Source: Candidatus Sulfomarinibacteraceae bacterium
GTDB taxonomy: Bacteria > Acidobacteriota > Thermoanaerobaculia > Thermoanaerobaculales > Sulfomarinibacteraceae
Assembly (NCBI GenBank): GCA_963796455.1
Contig: CAWCLO010000002.1
Span: 96,001-160,000, forward strand
DNA length: 64,000 bases
Direction: 5' to 3'
In this document: positions 1 to 10,010 of the stretch, piece after piece
Layout: the number at the start of each line of letters is the position of its first letter
Position numbering within the stretch: the stretch's first letter is position 1
Program-made: the position numbers and the translations under genes
Notes under the pieces: model-generated
The model's input: the letters and a program-made list of their open reading frames with translations, nothing else
The model's database searches: none
What the model was told of the DNA's origin: nothing

Positions 1-832
1 AGGTCGAATCCGTTCCGCGCAAAATGAAGGACGATATAGATCAGACCCATGGCGACGACCACCATCAACGGAATCGGACTGTTGTTGAGAGCATCGGATG
101 GGGTCGGCTCGGGAGCCTGAGGGCCGCTGCCTCCTCGGCCACCGTTGATTGGTGTTCTGTGTCTGTCTCTGTGCGGAGATCGTCCATCTCGATCGGCTCG
201 GACCGGGGGCGGAGAAACCACATGATGAGCGGGGCACCGATCAGGTAGACGGCCATGACCGTCAGATTCAAGGGACTGCCGAGGGTCTGGGTGACGGGTA
301 TCGTGGTCGACAGCAGCCCGGCTTCGATCAAGAAATTTCCCGGGGTATTGAGCAGCAGCGGGATCGAGCTCGAAAGCCCGGCGACCCACGCGCCGCTCGA
401 GAAAAAGGCGCAGGCCACCAGGAATGGATAGTGGATACCTCGCACCCTGATGGCCAGTTCCCGGCCGAGCACCGCCGTCAACACCAGCCAGCCCCAGCTC
501 ACCAGAACAAGGGGGCCGCCAAGCAGCAGGACCGTCAGATAGACCTGGCCCGGTTTGGTGATCTTTTGCGCGATCCGGTCGATCAGGTGGGCGACGGGTG
601 GCGAGAGGGCGACGGCATAACCGGTGGCGAGGATCAGAATGACCTGCATCCCGAACTCGAGCAACAACCAAAAGCCTTCATACCAGCCCGAGAGCACGTC
701 CAGTGGGCCAGCTCCCACCCAGACCATCGCGATGACACCGGTGATGATGGTCAAGAGAACGGCAAAGACAAAGGGGTCGGGTAACCACCTTTTGATCAAT
801 TCTGTACTGCGAATTGCAAGGCGTGCGATCAC
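1..832 (-). CDS. atoE: Short-chain fatty acid transporter (AtoE family); runs off the window start; one frameshift near 105-115
   Basis: WLPDPFVFAVLLT, FWLLLEFGMQVILILATGY and GLSSSIPLL motifs. GTG start at 832 has GAGG upstream. After the shift another frame continues TPSDALNNSPIPLMVVVAMGLIYIVLHFARNGFDL. Confidence 0.8.
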
Positions 833-1014
833 TAGGGGACCTCTTTCAGGATTGATATGTCGTGTGCGCGACATCATAGACTGATCGACGGCCGGGAGCA
901 AAATACGGGTCGTGAATCCGACGTCCGGTGGGTGTTGACGATACAATCGTCGGGTAGGACATCAAGACACCGGTCGCGAGAGGCGCAGAATGATGCGGGC
1001 TGGGGGAGAGGACC

Positions 1015-1296
1015 ATGGACGACGAACGGCGAGGCAAAACACGCACCCCAGATATTCGTTATGTCAAATTGGTCGTAAGCAAAGACAACGGTGAGGAAAG
1101 GGTCTACCCCCTGATTCTCCGTGATGTCAGCAACGAGGGTGTCGGTGCGATGTTCATCGGCAGCGACGCGGTCGATGCGAGCCGCGAGTACGTGTTGAGA
1201 GTCTCTGACGGCAAGGAGCGGCGCGTCCGCATCGTCTGGACCAAACAGGTTGCCGAGTTGGTCCACATTCTTGGGATGAAGTTCACTGACAACTGA
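1015..1296 (+). CDS. Stand-alone PilZ-domain protein (putative c-di-GMP receptor)
   Basis: 93 aa with RRGKTR (RxxxR), DVSNEG (DxSxxG) and a C-terminal RIVW...GMKF pattern. GAGGA RBS upstream. Confidence 0.7.
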   Translation: MDDERRGKTRTPDIRYVKLVVSKDNGEERVYPLILRDVSNEGVGAMFIGSDAVDASREYVLRVSDGKERRVRIVWTKQVAELVHILGMKFTDN

Positions 1297-1347
1297 GAGG
1301 AACCGAGGTTTTGGTTCACGTTCTGGCCGATTTTGACCTCGTCTAAA

Positions 1348-1438
1348 ACGCAAAGACGCAGAGACGCAAAGATTCCGCGAAGCTTGTTTCTTGACAAGGG
1401 TCAGAGAACATCTTTGCGCCCTTCGCGCCTTCGCGGTT
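1348..1438. repeat. Short intergenic palindrome with periodic heptamer arms
   Basis: CGCAAAGA-CGCAGAGA-CGCAAAG on the left and CTTTGCG-CCTTCGCG-CCTTCGCG on the right, between convergent genes. Confidence 0.7.
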
Positions 1439-1494
1439 CTCATGGTGCTGAAGTCGGAGTGGGCTTTCGACCACCTCCTTCTTCCATGTTGTCG

Positions 1495-4400
1495 TCAATC
1501 GTTTTCCCGGGCGAGGTCCGCCTCGGCGGCAATGTGGCCGAAGGCGGCCCAGCTGTCCTGGGCGATGATGGCTTCGAGCATCGCGGTGCCGCCCTCGACA
1601 TCACCGTTTTCGAGTTTCCAGTTGGCAAGCCCATAGGCGACGGCCGCGTTCGACGGCGCATCGCCGTTTTCTGAATTGAAATCAGTCACATCGAGCTCGC
1701 CCTTGTAGAGCAGACAGAGCCGCTGGTAGGCGGTGTTCTCGATCATCTCCATGTCGGGGTTGATGGCTGCAACGACCTCCGCCGCTTCCTCATCGCGGTC
1801 GAGTCGCCTCAGCGCCATATAGAGCCAGTGGCTGAAGGCGACCCGCATGTCGTCGTTGGCCGAAACCTCGAGCCCCTGGTGATAAGCGTCCACTGCGCGC
1901 TCGGAGTTGCCGTCGAGGTAGTAGCCCAGACCGAGGTGGTACCAGATATTGGTGTGCAGGCTGGAGACCGGGATACCGCGGGCGTTCGGCATACCATCGG
2001 GCTCGATCCGGTCCTCGGTCCCCTCGATCAGCCAGGCGGCGTGTTCGAAATCGGCGATGGCGCTCTCGAGTTGCCGGGTGGAAATATAGCGGTGGCCCCG
2101 GTGGCGGTAGAGGCGGGCGTCTTCGGGATGAATTTCGATCCCCGCCGAGAAGATCCGGATCGCATTCTGATAGTCACCGAGGTAGGCGGCGCGCCGGCCG
2201 TACCAGATGATGGCATCGGCGTCCTCGGGCTTGGCTTCAAAGTTGGCCTTGGCTGCTTCGAAGGCGGCGAGGGCCTCGGGCCCGGGCGCCGCGGGGTAGA
2301 GCGCCTCGCCCAGGAACGATGTCGCCTGAGCTGTTTTTTCGGTCCGCATGGGTTTGGGCCCCGGTTCCAGGTGCTCCTCGAGATAGTTGGTCAGCAGCGT
2401 GTAGACGTGCATGGTGGTGCCCTCTCCCTCACGGATGCCGTGACTGCGGTTTGGATAGGCCATCATGTCGAACTGTTTGCCCTCGTCGATGAGTTTGTTC
2501 ACCAGCATCTCGAGATTCTGATAGTGGACATTGTCGTCACCGGTGCCGTGGATCAGCAGAAGATCGCCCTCCAGTTTGCCGGCGTGGTTGATGGGTGAGC
2601 CCTCGAAAAACCCATCCGGGTTGCCTTCGGGCAAACCCATATAACGTTCCTGGTAGACGGTGTCATAGAGTTTCTGGTCGGCGACGAAAGCCACCGCCAT
2701 TCCCATCGAATAGATCTCCGGGTAGCGGAAGAGCGCATTCAAAGTCATGGTGCCGCCGCCACTCCAACCCCAGGAACCGATGCGGTCCGGATCAATGAAG
2801 GGGAATTTTTCGATCATTGCCCGGACGCCGGCGGCCTGATCGGCCGAGGCGAGGATCCCGATCTGGCCGTAGACTGATTTGCGCCACTCTCGCCCGCGCG
2901 GCGCCGGGGTGCCGCGGTTGTCGAGACTCGCCACCAGATAGCCGTGCTGGGCGAGCATGAAATACCAGGCGTTGCCGCTGCGCCCCCAGTTGTTCATGAC
3001 GGTCTGACCCGCCGGTTCGCCGTAGACGAAGATCAGGAGGGGATAACTCTTGGAGGGATCAAAATCCGGTGGCGTGATCATCCAGCCGTCGACCTCCACA
3101 TCACCGATATCGACCCGGAAGTCCCGGATCGGCGCCTTGTCGATCAATGACAATGCCTCCTCGATCTCGGCGTTGTCCTCGAGTACCTTGGCCACGTGGT
3201 GACCCTCCAGGGTCACCACCTCGGTGATGGGGACCTGGTTGCGCGAGGACCAGCTGTGGATGGCCCACATTGCGTCGGGCGAAACCTGGTAGCGGTGGAC
3301 GCCGGGTCCCTCGGGTGTTACCCGCTCGAGACCGCCGGATCCATCGAGGCGTGTGCGATAGAGGGCACGGCTGGTGGGGTCATCCGGGGAAGCCAGGACG
3401 TAGGCCCATCCGCCGGCCTCATCGATCCGGGCCAACCCGGTCACGTCGTAGTCGCCGTCGGTCACCAGGCGGATATCTTCGCCTGATCTGGAGACGACAT
3501 AGAGATGGCGCCAGCCGTCGCGTTCGGAGAGCCAGGTGAAGGCGGAGCCGTCAGCCAACCACTCAGGGTCGTCAAACATGTCGATCCAGGCGTCGTCGCG
3601 ATCGGTGAAAACGGTCTCCAGGTTCCCGGTCGAGACCGTGCCGAGCATCAGATCGGCGGTGTTCTGGAGGCGGTTGAGGCGTATCAGCCAGATCTGGTCA
3701 TCACTCTCGGCCCATCCCATTTTGGGGATGTAGTAGTTGTTCGATTTGCCGTCGGGTTCGAACCACGTGGTCTCACCACCTTCGCTCGGGATGACACCGA
3801 CCCGGACGGCGGAGTTGGTGGTTCCCACCTTTGGGTAGGGCAGGGGGGTGAGCTCGGGGTAGATATTGATCGTGTTGTTGATGAGGTTGAAGGTCCCGAC
3901 GCCCTCGGAGTCGAACTGCCAGTAGGCGATGCGGCGGCCGTCGGGGCTGAAACGAAATGCGTCGCGAAGTCCGAACTCCTCCTCGTAGACCCAGTCCGAG
4001 GTGCCGTTGATGATGAACTCGTTCTCGTCTGCGGTCAGCCGGGTCACCTCCATGGTGGCGAGGTCTTGCGCAAATAGATCCTTGGTGGGGTAGTCGACCC
4101 ATGCGACGCGGCTGTTGTCGGGTGAGACTTTGGCAAACATCATCATCGATTCTTGAGCCTCAACGCCGAGTTGCTTCAGCTCGTAGTCGGCGAGGCGAAG
4201 AAGCCAATAGTCACCGCGCGTGTTTTGGCGCCAGACCCTTTCGGTATTGGTGAAGATCAGGAGCCGGGTGCCGTCTTCGGACCAGATGTAATCGCTGATG
4301 GTGAGCGGATCCTCGCCATCCGCCGGCACCAGTCTGGCGGCCGAAACCAGGACTGTTCGCTCTCCAGAGGCCGGTTCGTAGAGCACGATGTCCTTGGCCT

Positions 4401-4623
4401 CGTCGAAACCCTCGCTCTTTTCGAGGGTGGTGTAACCGGAGCCGTCCTCGAGCCACCGCGCGGGCCCGAAACTCGCAGCCTGGAACTCCAGGTCTTCATA
4501 GATCCGTTCAAGAGTGAGCTTGGACGGATCCGCCACTTCTTCCGCGGTCAGGGCGACCGGTGCCGAGAAAAGCAGACCGACCACGATCCAGAGTGAACAT
4601 TGCTTGAACTCGTTTCTGGTCAT
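1495..4623 (-). CDS. Dipeptidyl peptidase IV-like S9B peptidase fused to a C-terminal TPR domain
   Basis: Signal peptide from MTRNEF, DWVYEEEF propeller motif, GWSGGG nucleophile, HGTGDDNVH and YPNRSH. The last ~285 aa are TPR-like (LYRHRGHRY, IWYHLGLGYY). Confidence 0.85.
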   Translation of the reverse strand: MTRNEFKQCSLWIVVGLLFSAPVALTAEEVADPSKLTLERIYEDLEFQAASFGPARWLEDGSGYTTLEKSEGFDEAKDIVLYEPASGERTVLVSAARLVPADGEDPLTISDYIWSEDGTRLLIFTNTERVWRQNTRGDYWLLRLADYELKQLGVEAQESMMMFAKVSPDNSRVAWVDYPTKDLFAQDLATMEVTRLTADENEFIINGTSDWVYEEEFGLRDAFRFSPDGRRIAYWQFDSEGVGTFNLINNTINIYPELTPLPYPKVGTTNSAVRVGVIPSEGGETTWFEPDGKSNNYYIPKMGWAESDDQIWLIRLNRLQNTADLMLGTVSTGNLETVFTDRDDAWIDMFDDPEWLADGSAFTWLSERDGWRHLYVVSRSGEDIRLVTDGDYDVTGLARIDEAGGWAYVLASPDDPTSRALYRTRLDGSGGLERVTPEGPGVHRYQVSPDAMWAIHSWSSRNQVPITEVVTLEGHHVAKVLEDNAEIEEALSLIDKAPIRDFRVDIGDVEVDGWMITPPDFDPSKSYPLLIFVYGEPAGQTVMNNWGRSGNAWYFMLAQHGYLVASLDNRGTPAPRGREWRKSVYGQIGILASADQAAGVRAMIEKFPFIDPDRIGSWGWSGGGTMTLNALFRYPEIYSMGMAVAFVADQKLYDTVYQERYMGLPEGNPDGFFEGSPINHAGKLEGDLLLIHGTGDDNVHYQNLEMLVNKLIDEGKQFDMMAYPNRSHGIREGEGTTMHVYTLLTNYLEEHLEPGPKPMRTEKTAQATSFLGEALYPAAPGPEALAAFEAAKANFEAKPEDADAIIWYGRRAAYLGDYQNAIRIFSAGIEIHPEDARLYRHRGHRYISTRQLESAIADFEHAAWLIEGTEDRIEPDGMPNARGIPVSSLHTNIWYHLGLGYYLDGNSERAVDAYHQGLEVSANDDMRVAFSHWLYMALRRLDRDEEAAEVVAAINPDMEMIENTAYQRLCLLYKGELDVTDFNSENGDAPSNAAVAYGLANWKLENGDVEGGTAMLEAIIAQDSWAAFGHIAAEADLAREND

Positions 4624-4821
4624 TCCAACCCCCCGGTGCGGCGCGGTGTCCCGATTCCAGGTCAACAGCGCCGGTGTCGCGATGATCTCACGATCGCGAG
4701 GCGGTGTCGCGGGGATGAGGCGGCGCAGCGAATCACAGCTGCCGATGAGTCGTCTCAAAATCTCCTGTTGCTGAGCTATGCTTCACCTTGAGGGCGGACC
4801 TCGGGTCCAAAGGGGGAAGAC

Positions 4822-7683
4822 ATGATCGAGACCTCGCGCGCTATTTCCAGGACATTCTCCATTTTCGCCATCGCGATTCTGGCGGTCGTTTTTGTGGCTG
4901 AAGCCGGTGACAAGGCGCTGACCTTCGAAGAGCTCATGAAGTTCCGCCAGATTCAGGACGCCGTGATCTCCGATGACGGCAACTGGGTCGCCTATGCACT
5001 GGTGCCCGACCGGGGTAACGGTGAGGCGGTCATCCGTTCCACCGGGTCCGAGACCGAGTACCGCGTCGAACGCGGCTCCGGGCCGGTGATCTCATCCGAT
5101 GGACAGTGGGTTGCGGCGGCCATCACGCCGACCCTCGAGGAGCGGGAAAAGGCCAAGGACAAAAAGAAGGATGAAAAGCCGAAGAAGGGCCTCTCGCTCG
5201 TGAACCTCGAGACCGGTGAAGAAGAGCGGATCGAAGAGGTCGAGTCCTTCGCCTTCTCAGAGGACGGACAGTGGATCGCCTTCAAGCATTTTGCAGTGAA
5301 AGAAGAAACCAAGGAGAAGGCCGCGGAGGACGAGGAGACGACAGAGGCGGCCGGCGAAGGTGAAGCCGAGGAAGAAAAGAAGGAAGACAAACAGAAGCTC
5401 GGCACGACCCTCGAGTTGCGCAAGCTCGGTGGTGGCGAGGAGCGAGTGATTGAAAATGTTGCGAGCTTCTCCTTTGCCGAACTGGGTTCGTACCTCGCCT
5501 ACTCGGTTTCGGCGCCGGCGGGTGAAGGCAACGGGGCCTTCCTCGTCGATCTGCGGAAGCCGCAGCCCGCGACGACCACGCTCCACGAAGCCGTGATGGG
5601 GAGCTACACCCACCTGACCTGGGCCCGCGAGGCGGATCACCTGGCCTTTGCCGCGGCAGTATTTGATGACGAGGGTGAAGCCGGTGATGGCGAAATCTGG
5701 GCATGGGGTGGCGACGGTGGGGCGACCGCGGTGGTGACCCTTGAGGACGCGCCCGAAGGATTCACGGTGCCTTCTGCCAACGAGATTCAGTGGAGCAAGG
5801 ATGGGACGCGGTTGTTTTTCGGATTCAAGCATGCCGTGGAGAGCTTTGAGGCCGATGATTCATCGGGCACGGACGCGGACGCTGAAGAACCGGCCTTCGA
5901 ACCCTACGATTTTGATTCGATCCTCGAGGGGCGCGGTGTTGATGTGTGGCACTGGAATGATCCGCGCATCATCCCCAACCAGAAGGAACGCTGGAAAGAA
6001 AACGAGAAGGACCGGGTCTACCGGGCGGTGTTCCACCTTGATGGTGGCGCAGTGGTGCCTCTCGCGACTCTCGAGATACCGACGGTCTTTCCGACTGACA
6101 ACCCGTCTTATGCACTGGCCGGCTCTGATCTGCCGTATCTCCGCCGGATCACATGGGACGGGGTCTACGGCGATGCCTATGTGGTGAATCTTGAAAATGG
6201 TCAGGCGGATCTGGTCGTCAAGGAGCTCGCCGTTGGCCGGCGGAGCGGCGCCTCGCTTTCGCCGAACGGTCGATTTGTCCTGTATTACGACGACGGTGAT
6301 TGGTTTCTGTGGGATGTGCAATCCAAGGTTGCGGACAATCTCACGACGGGTCTCGATGTGCCCTTTGCCAACGAGGACCACGACTACCCGGCGGACCCGC
6401 CCGGCTACGGAACCTCCGAGTGGAGTGCCGACTCGAGCTCCATCTTCATCTACGACAAGTACGATATCTGGCAGTTCTTCACCGATGACCGGCCGGCGCG
6501 GCTGCTCACAGCCGGACAGGGCCGCGAGAGCGAGGTCATTTTCAGGATTCTCGACCTCGATCCCGAAGAGGACACCATTCCGGCGGGCGCCGATCTCATG
6601 CTTTCCGCCTATGACGACATGGAAAAGCACGACGCCTTTTATATGGCGAGCCCGGCCCGCGGCTCCATGCGGCCGCTCTACGGCACCGGCCAGCACAAGC
6701 TGGGCTTCCGCGCCAAAGCGGAGCATGCGGATCGAATCGTTTTCACCCGCGAACGCTACGACGAGTTCCCCGATCTCTGGGTCTCGAACCAGGAGCTGCA
6801 AAGCCCGACGAAGCTGTCCGATGCCAACCCGCAGATCGCCGACTATGCCTGGGGCTCGGCCGAGCTCGTGGAGTGGACGAGTGCGGACGGCATCCCGTTG
6901 CAGGGGGTGCTGATCAAACCCGGAAACTATGAGGAAGGCAAACGCTACCCGGTTCTGACGTACTACTATCGCTTTTTCTCACAGCGTTTGCACGAGTTCA
7001 ACCAACCGGTGGTCAACCACCGTCCGTCCTTCCCGATTTACGCGTCCAACGGTTATGCGGTCTTTCTGCCCGATATCCGTTTCGAGGTCGGCCTTCCGGG
7101 GCCTGCGGCCACCAAATGTCTGGTGCCCGGAATGCAGAAGTTGGTGGACATGGGCATCGCCGATCCCGACGCCCTGGGTCTCCACGGCCACTCGTGGAGC
7201 GGCTACCAGACCGCTTTCGTGATCACCCAGACCGACATCTTTGCCGCGGCGGTGGCCGGCGCGCCGGTCTCGAACATGACCTCCGCCTATTCCGGGATTC
7301 GCTGGGGCACCGGGCTGGCCCGCCAGTTTCAATATGAAAAATCCCAGAGCCGAATCGGCGGCAGCCTGTGGGAGAAGCCCGAGCTCTATATCGAGAATTC
7401 GCCGGTCTTCTACGCCGATCGCATCAACACCCCGCTGCTCATCCAGCATGGTGATGCCGATGAGGCGGTGCCCTGGTACCAGGCGATCGAGCTCTATCTG
7501 GCGTGCCGGCGGCTCGACAAGAACTGCATCTTTCTCCAGTATCGTGACGAACCTCACCACCTCAAGATCTACGCCAACAAGCTCGATTATTCGATCAAGA
7601 TGAAGGAGTTCTTCGACCACTATCTCAAGGGAGAACCGGCCCCGGAGTGGATCGAGAAGGGCGTGCCGTATACGGGGAAATAG
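4822..7683 (+). CDS. Secreted S9 prolyl oligopeptidase family peptidase
   Basis: Signal peptide, PD40-like SPNGRF/SDDGNW repeats, GHSWSG nucleophile, HGDADEAV and EPHH. Confidence 0.9.
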   Translation: MIETSRAISRTFSIFAIAILAVVFVAEAGDKALTFEELMKFRQIQDAVISDDGNWVAYALVPDRGNGEAVIRSTGSETEYRVERGSGPVISSDGQWVAAAITPTLEEREKAKDKKKDEKPKKGLSLVNLETGEEERIEEVESFAFSEDGQWIAFKHFAVKEETKEKAAEDEETTEAAGEGEAEEEKKEDKQKLGTTLELRKLGGGEERVIENVASFSFAELGSYLAYSVSAPAGEGNGAFLVDLRKPQPATTTLHEAVMGSYTHLTWAREADHLAFAAAVFDDEGEAGDGEIWAWGGDGGATAVVTLEDAPEGFTVPSANEIQWSKDGTRLFFGFKHAVESFEADDSSGTDADAEEPAFEPYDFDSILEGRGVDVWHWNDPRIIPNQKERWKENEKDRVYRAVFHLDGGAVVPLATLEIPTVFPTDNPSYALAGSDLPYLRRITWDGVYGDAYVVNLENGQADLVVKELAVGRRSGASLSPNGRFVLYYDDGDWFLWDVQSKVADNLTTGLDVPFANEDHDYPADPPGYGTSEWSADSSSIFIYDKYDIWQFFTDDRPARLLTAGQGRESEVIFRILDLDPEEDTIPAGADLMLSAYDDMEKHDAFYMASPARGSMRPLYGTGQHKLGFRAKAEHADRIVFTRERYDEFPDLWVSNQELQSPTKLSDANPQIADYAWGSAELVEWTSADGIPLQGVLIKPGNYEEGKRYPVLTYYYRFFSQRLHEFNQPVVNHRPSFPIYASNGYAVFLPDIRFEVGLPGPAATKCLVPGMQKLVDMGIADPDALGLHGHSWSGYQTAFVITQTDIFAAAVAGAPVSNMTSAYSGIRWGTGLARQFQYEKSQSRIGGSLWEKPELYIENSPVFYADRINTPLLIQHGDADEAVPWYQAIELYLACRRLDKNCIFLQYRDEPHHLKIYANKLDYSIKMKEFFDHYLKGEPAPEWIEKGVPYTGK

Positions 7684-7685
7684 CT

Positions 7686-8122
7686 TCCGATCCCGATCCC
7701 GATCCCGAAAGGGAGAAAGGGGGAAAGGGAGAAAGGGGGAAAGGGAGAAGGGGAGAACCGTACCTCGCGTGGCAGAGGGGCAGAGGGGCAGAGGAGCAGA
7801 GGGGCAGAGTACCCGTCTCTATCACCATCGGTATCGCTATCGACGGCGAGATCGATCCTCGAACCGGCGGAGGGGCAGACGGGAAAGGGAGATAGGGAGA
7901 AAGGGAGAAACGCCCGGTACCGAATTCTCCTGTATGGGAGTGTCGTCTCCCGATGTCATCCTGAGCGGAGCCCCGCCTTGTCACGGCGTAGCCTGAAAGG
8001 CGCTTCGCTCAGGATGACATCTTGAAACTGGGCAGCCTGCTCATTGTCCCCGCCCCAAACGAGGCTGAATACTCGGTCTCCCCTTCTCCCCTTCTCCCTT
8101 TCTCCCTTTCTCCCTTTCCTCC
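7686..8122. repeat. Composite intergenic repeat with (GATCCC)n, (GGGAGAAA)n and (GGCAGAGG)n tracts and an inverted (TTTCTCCC)n arm
   Basis: Purine tracts at 7710-7757 and 7881-7910 are mirrored by a pyrimidine tract at 8077-8120. Confidence 0.75.
7952..8021. repeat. REP-like palindrome GATGTCATCCTGAGCG...CGCTCAGGATGACATC
   Basis: Perfect 16-bp inverted repeat. The same motif occurs at 37096 and at 40193/40305. Confidence 0.8.
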
Positions 8123-8207
8123 GCATGTGGCCTGCTTTTCGAGAACTCACGACCTATACTGTCTGCAGCAGCTTCGGAGATATCAAGAACAGCGCAGGAG
8201 GTGCACC

Positions 8208-9401
8208 ATGACGAATTCGCATCACGGGATGGATCGGCGTTCTTTCCTCAAGCTCGGGGCCGCCACCACCACCGGTCTCGCCGTCGGCGGCTGCGCCGAC
8301 AGCGAAGAGGTGCTCGCGGACATGCCCAAGCTGGAATTGGGCTCGCGGCCGCTGGGTGATACCGGTCTCGAGGTCTCGGAGATCTCGCTCGGCACCTATG
8401 GCTTCGACAACCCGTCGCTGCTCCTGGCCGCCCTCGATGTGGGCATCACGACCATCTGCACCTCGGCCAATTATCAGGACGGCCGCGCCGAGGAGGCCAT
8501 CGGCAAGGCGCTCGCCACCGTGGCCGGTCGCCGCGACGAACTGGTCCTCTTCACCGGCAATCGATTCAGATCTGATGTCACCGTGGATCAGGTCCTCGAA
8601 TCCATCGACGCCAGTCTGCGCCGTCTCCAGACGGATCATGTGGAGATTTTTCGCATCACCGATGTCCGGTCGCCGGAGGATCTTCGCATCGAAGCCCTGA
8701 TGGAGGGATTCGAACGCGCCCGCGAAGCCGGGAAAGTCGGGGTTCTCGGGATGTCCGGCCATCACGGTGGCATGCAGGACTGTTTGAATGCCGCCATCGA
8801 CCAGGGCGGATACCGGGCGCTTTTCACCAAATACGATTTTGCCTCCTATCCCGATCAGGATGAGATCCTCGAACGCGCCACAAAGCGCGGCCTCGGAACC
8901 CTGGTCTTCAAGACCGGGGCCGGCAACCGGGAGAAGGAGATCAAGGATCTCGAAGTGGGGGGGCTCTCCTACAAGCAGGCCACCATCAAGTGGGCCCTGA
9001 CCAACCCAAACGTGGCCAGCGTGTGCGTGGGCATCACCAACTTCAAACAGATCCGCGATTATGCCGAGGCTGTCGGAAAACCTCTCCGAGAGGCCGAGGT
9101 CGCCATGCTGCGGCGGTACTCGGACGAGGTGTATGACCGGTACTGCCGCTTTTGTGCGACCTGCGAACCGAGTTGCCCACACGGAGTGGCGGTGGCCGAC
9201 GTCAACCGTTTCGCCATGTATTTCAAATACTATGGCCGGGAAAAAGACGCCATGGAACTCTATGGTGAGCTCTCTTCGGGTTGTACGGCAGAGGCCTGTG
9301 CAGACTGCGAGGCCCCCTGCGAGAGCGCCTGCCCCTTTGGCCGCCGGGTGCAGGACGAATTGGTGGAGGCCGATCGTCTCCTGAGCTTCCGCCGCGCGTA
9401 A
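8208..9401 (+). CDS. Tat-signal aldo/keto reductase-like protein with a C-terminal 4Fe-4S dicluster
   Basis: DRRSFLK twin-arginine motif, LGDTGLEVSEISLG, SLRRLQTDHV, CRFCATCEPSCP and CADCEAPCESACP. AGGAGG precedes ATG 8208. Confidence 0.85.
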   Translation: MTNSHHGMDRRSFLKLGAATTTGLAVGGCADSEEVLADMPKLELGSRPLGDTGLEVSEISLGTYGFDNPSLLLAALDVGITTICTSANYQDGRAEEAIGKALATVAGRRDELVLFTGNRFRSDVTVDQVLESIDASLRRLQTDHVEIFRITDVRSPEDLRIEALMEGFERAREAGKVGVLGMSGHHGGMQDCLNAAIDQGGYRALFTKYDFASYPDQDEILERATKRGLGTLVFKTGAGNREKEIKDLEVGGLSYKQATIKWALTNPNVASVCVGITNFKQIRDYAEAVGKPLREAEVAMLRRYSDEVYDRYCRFCATCEPSCPHGVAVADVNRFAMYFKYYGREKDAMELYGELSSGCTAEACADCEAPCESACPFGRRVQDELVEADRLLSFRRA

Positions 9402-9467
9402 ACCAGCCGGTCCGGGCCGAACCAACGGTGTCCATGGAATTTCATCAAACGCCTGTGGGTTGATTAT

Positions 9468-9494
9468 TTTGATATTGATTCAATCGATGTCAAA
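9468..9494. promoter_or_regulatory. Putative MarR operator (two 12-bp boxes, 15-bp period)
   Basis: TTTGATATTGAT-tca-ATCGATGTCAAA upstream of marR resembles 11784-11810. Confidence 0.5.
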
Positions 9495-9516
9495 AGAGTT
9501 TCACAGCGGAGCACCG

Positions 9517-9966
9517 ATGTGCACACGACACGAAGGAACGAAGTCCGAGAAGCGGGTGCTTGACGCGTATATCAAGTTGCGCCGGGCGGTCAACGCCGTG
9601 AACGGAAACGAGGAGCTTGTGACGCGCAGCGCGGGTTTGACCGAAAGTCAGTTCGGAGTGCTGGAGGCCCTTTTCCATCTCGGGCCATCGTGTCAGCGTG
9701 AGCTCGCCGTCAAGATCCTCAAAAGCGCCGGCAACCTCACCACCGTGATCGACAATCTGGAAAAGCGCGACCTCGTCAAACGTCGGCGAGAGGCCGAAGA
9801 TCGCCGGATCGTGATCGTTTCCTTGACGCCGGAAGGCAGACGGCTCATCAGTGAAGTCTATCCGCGAGTCGTCGCCGTCCTCGTCGCTGCCTTTTCTCAT
9901 CTCACGGCACGGGAACAAGACCAGATGGCGTCATTGTCGCTCAAGCTGGGAAAGTGTCGACAATAA
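9517..9966 (+). CDS. MarR family transcriptional regulator (MhqR-like)
   Basis: GLTESQFGVLEAL...GNLTTVIDNLEKRDLVKR...DRRIVIVSLTPEG winged-helix signature. Confidence 0.9.
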   Translation: MCTRHEGTKSEKRVLDAYIKLRRAVNAVNGNEELVTRSAGLTESQFGVLEALFHLGPSCQRELAVKILKSAGNLTTVIDNLEKRDLVKRRREAEDRRIVIVSLTPEGRRLISEVYPRVVAVLVAAFSHLTAREQDQMASLSLKLGKCRQ

Positions 9967-10010
9967 ACTTTCGAAACCGCGCTTCCCTGAGAAGCGAGAA
10001 CAAGGAGAAA

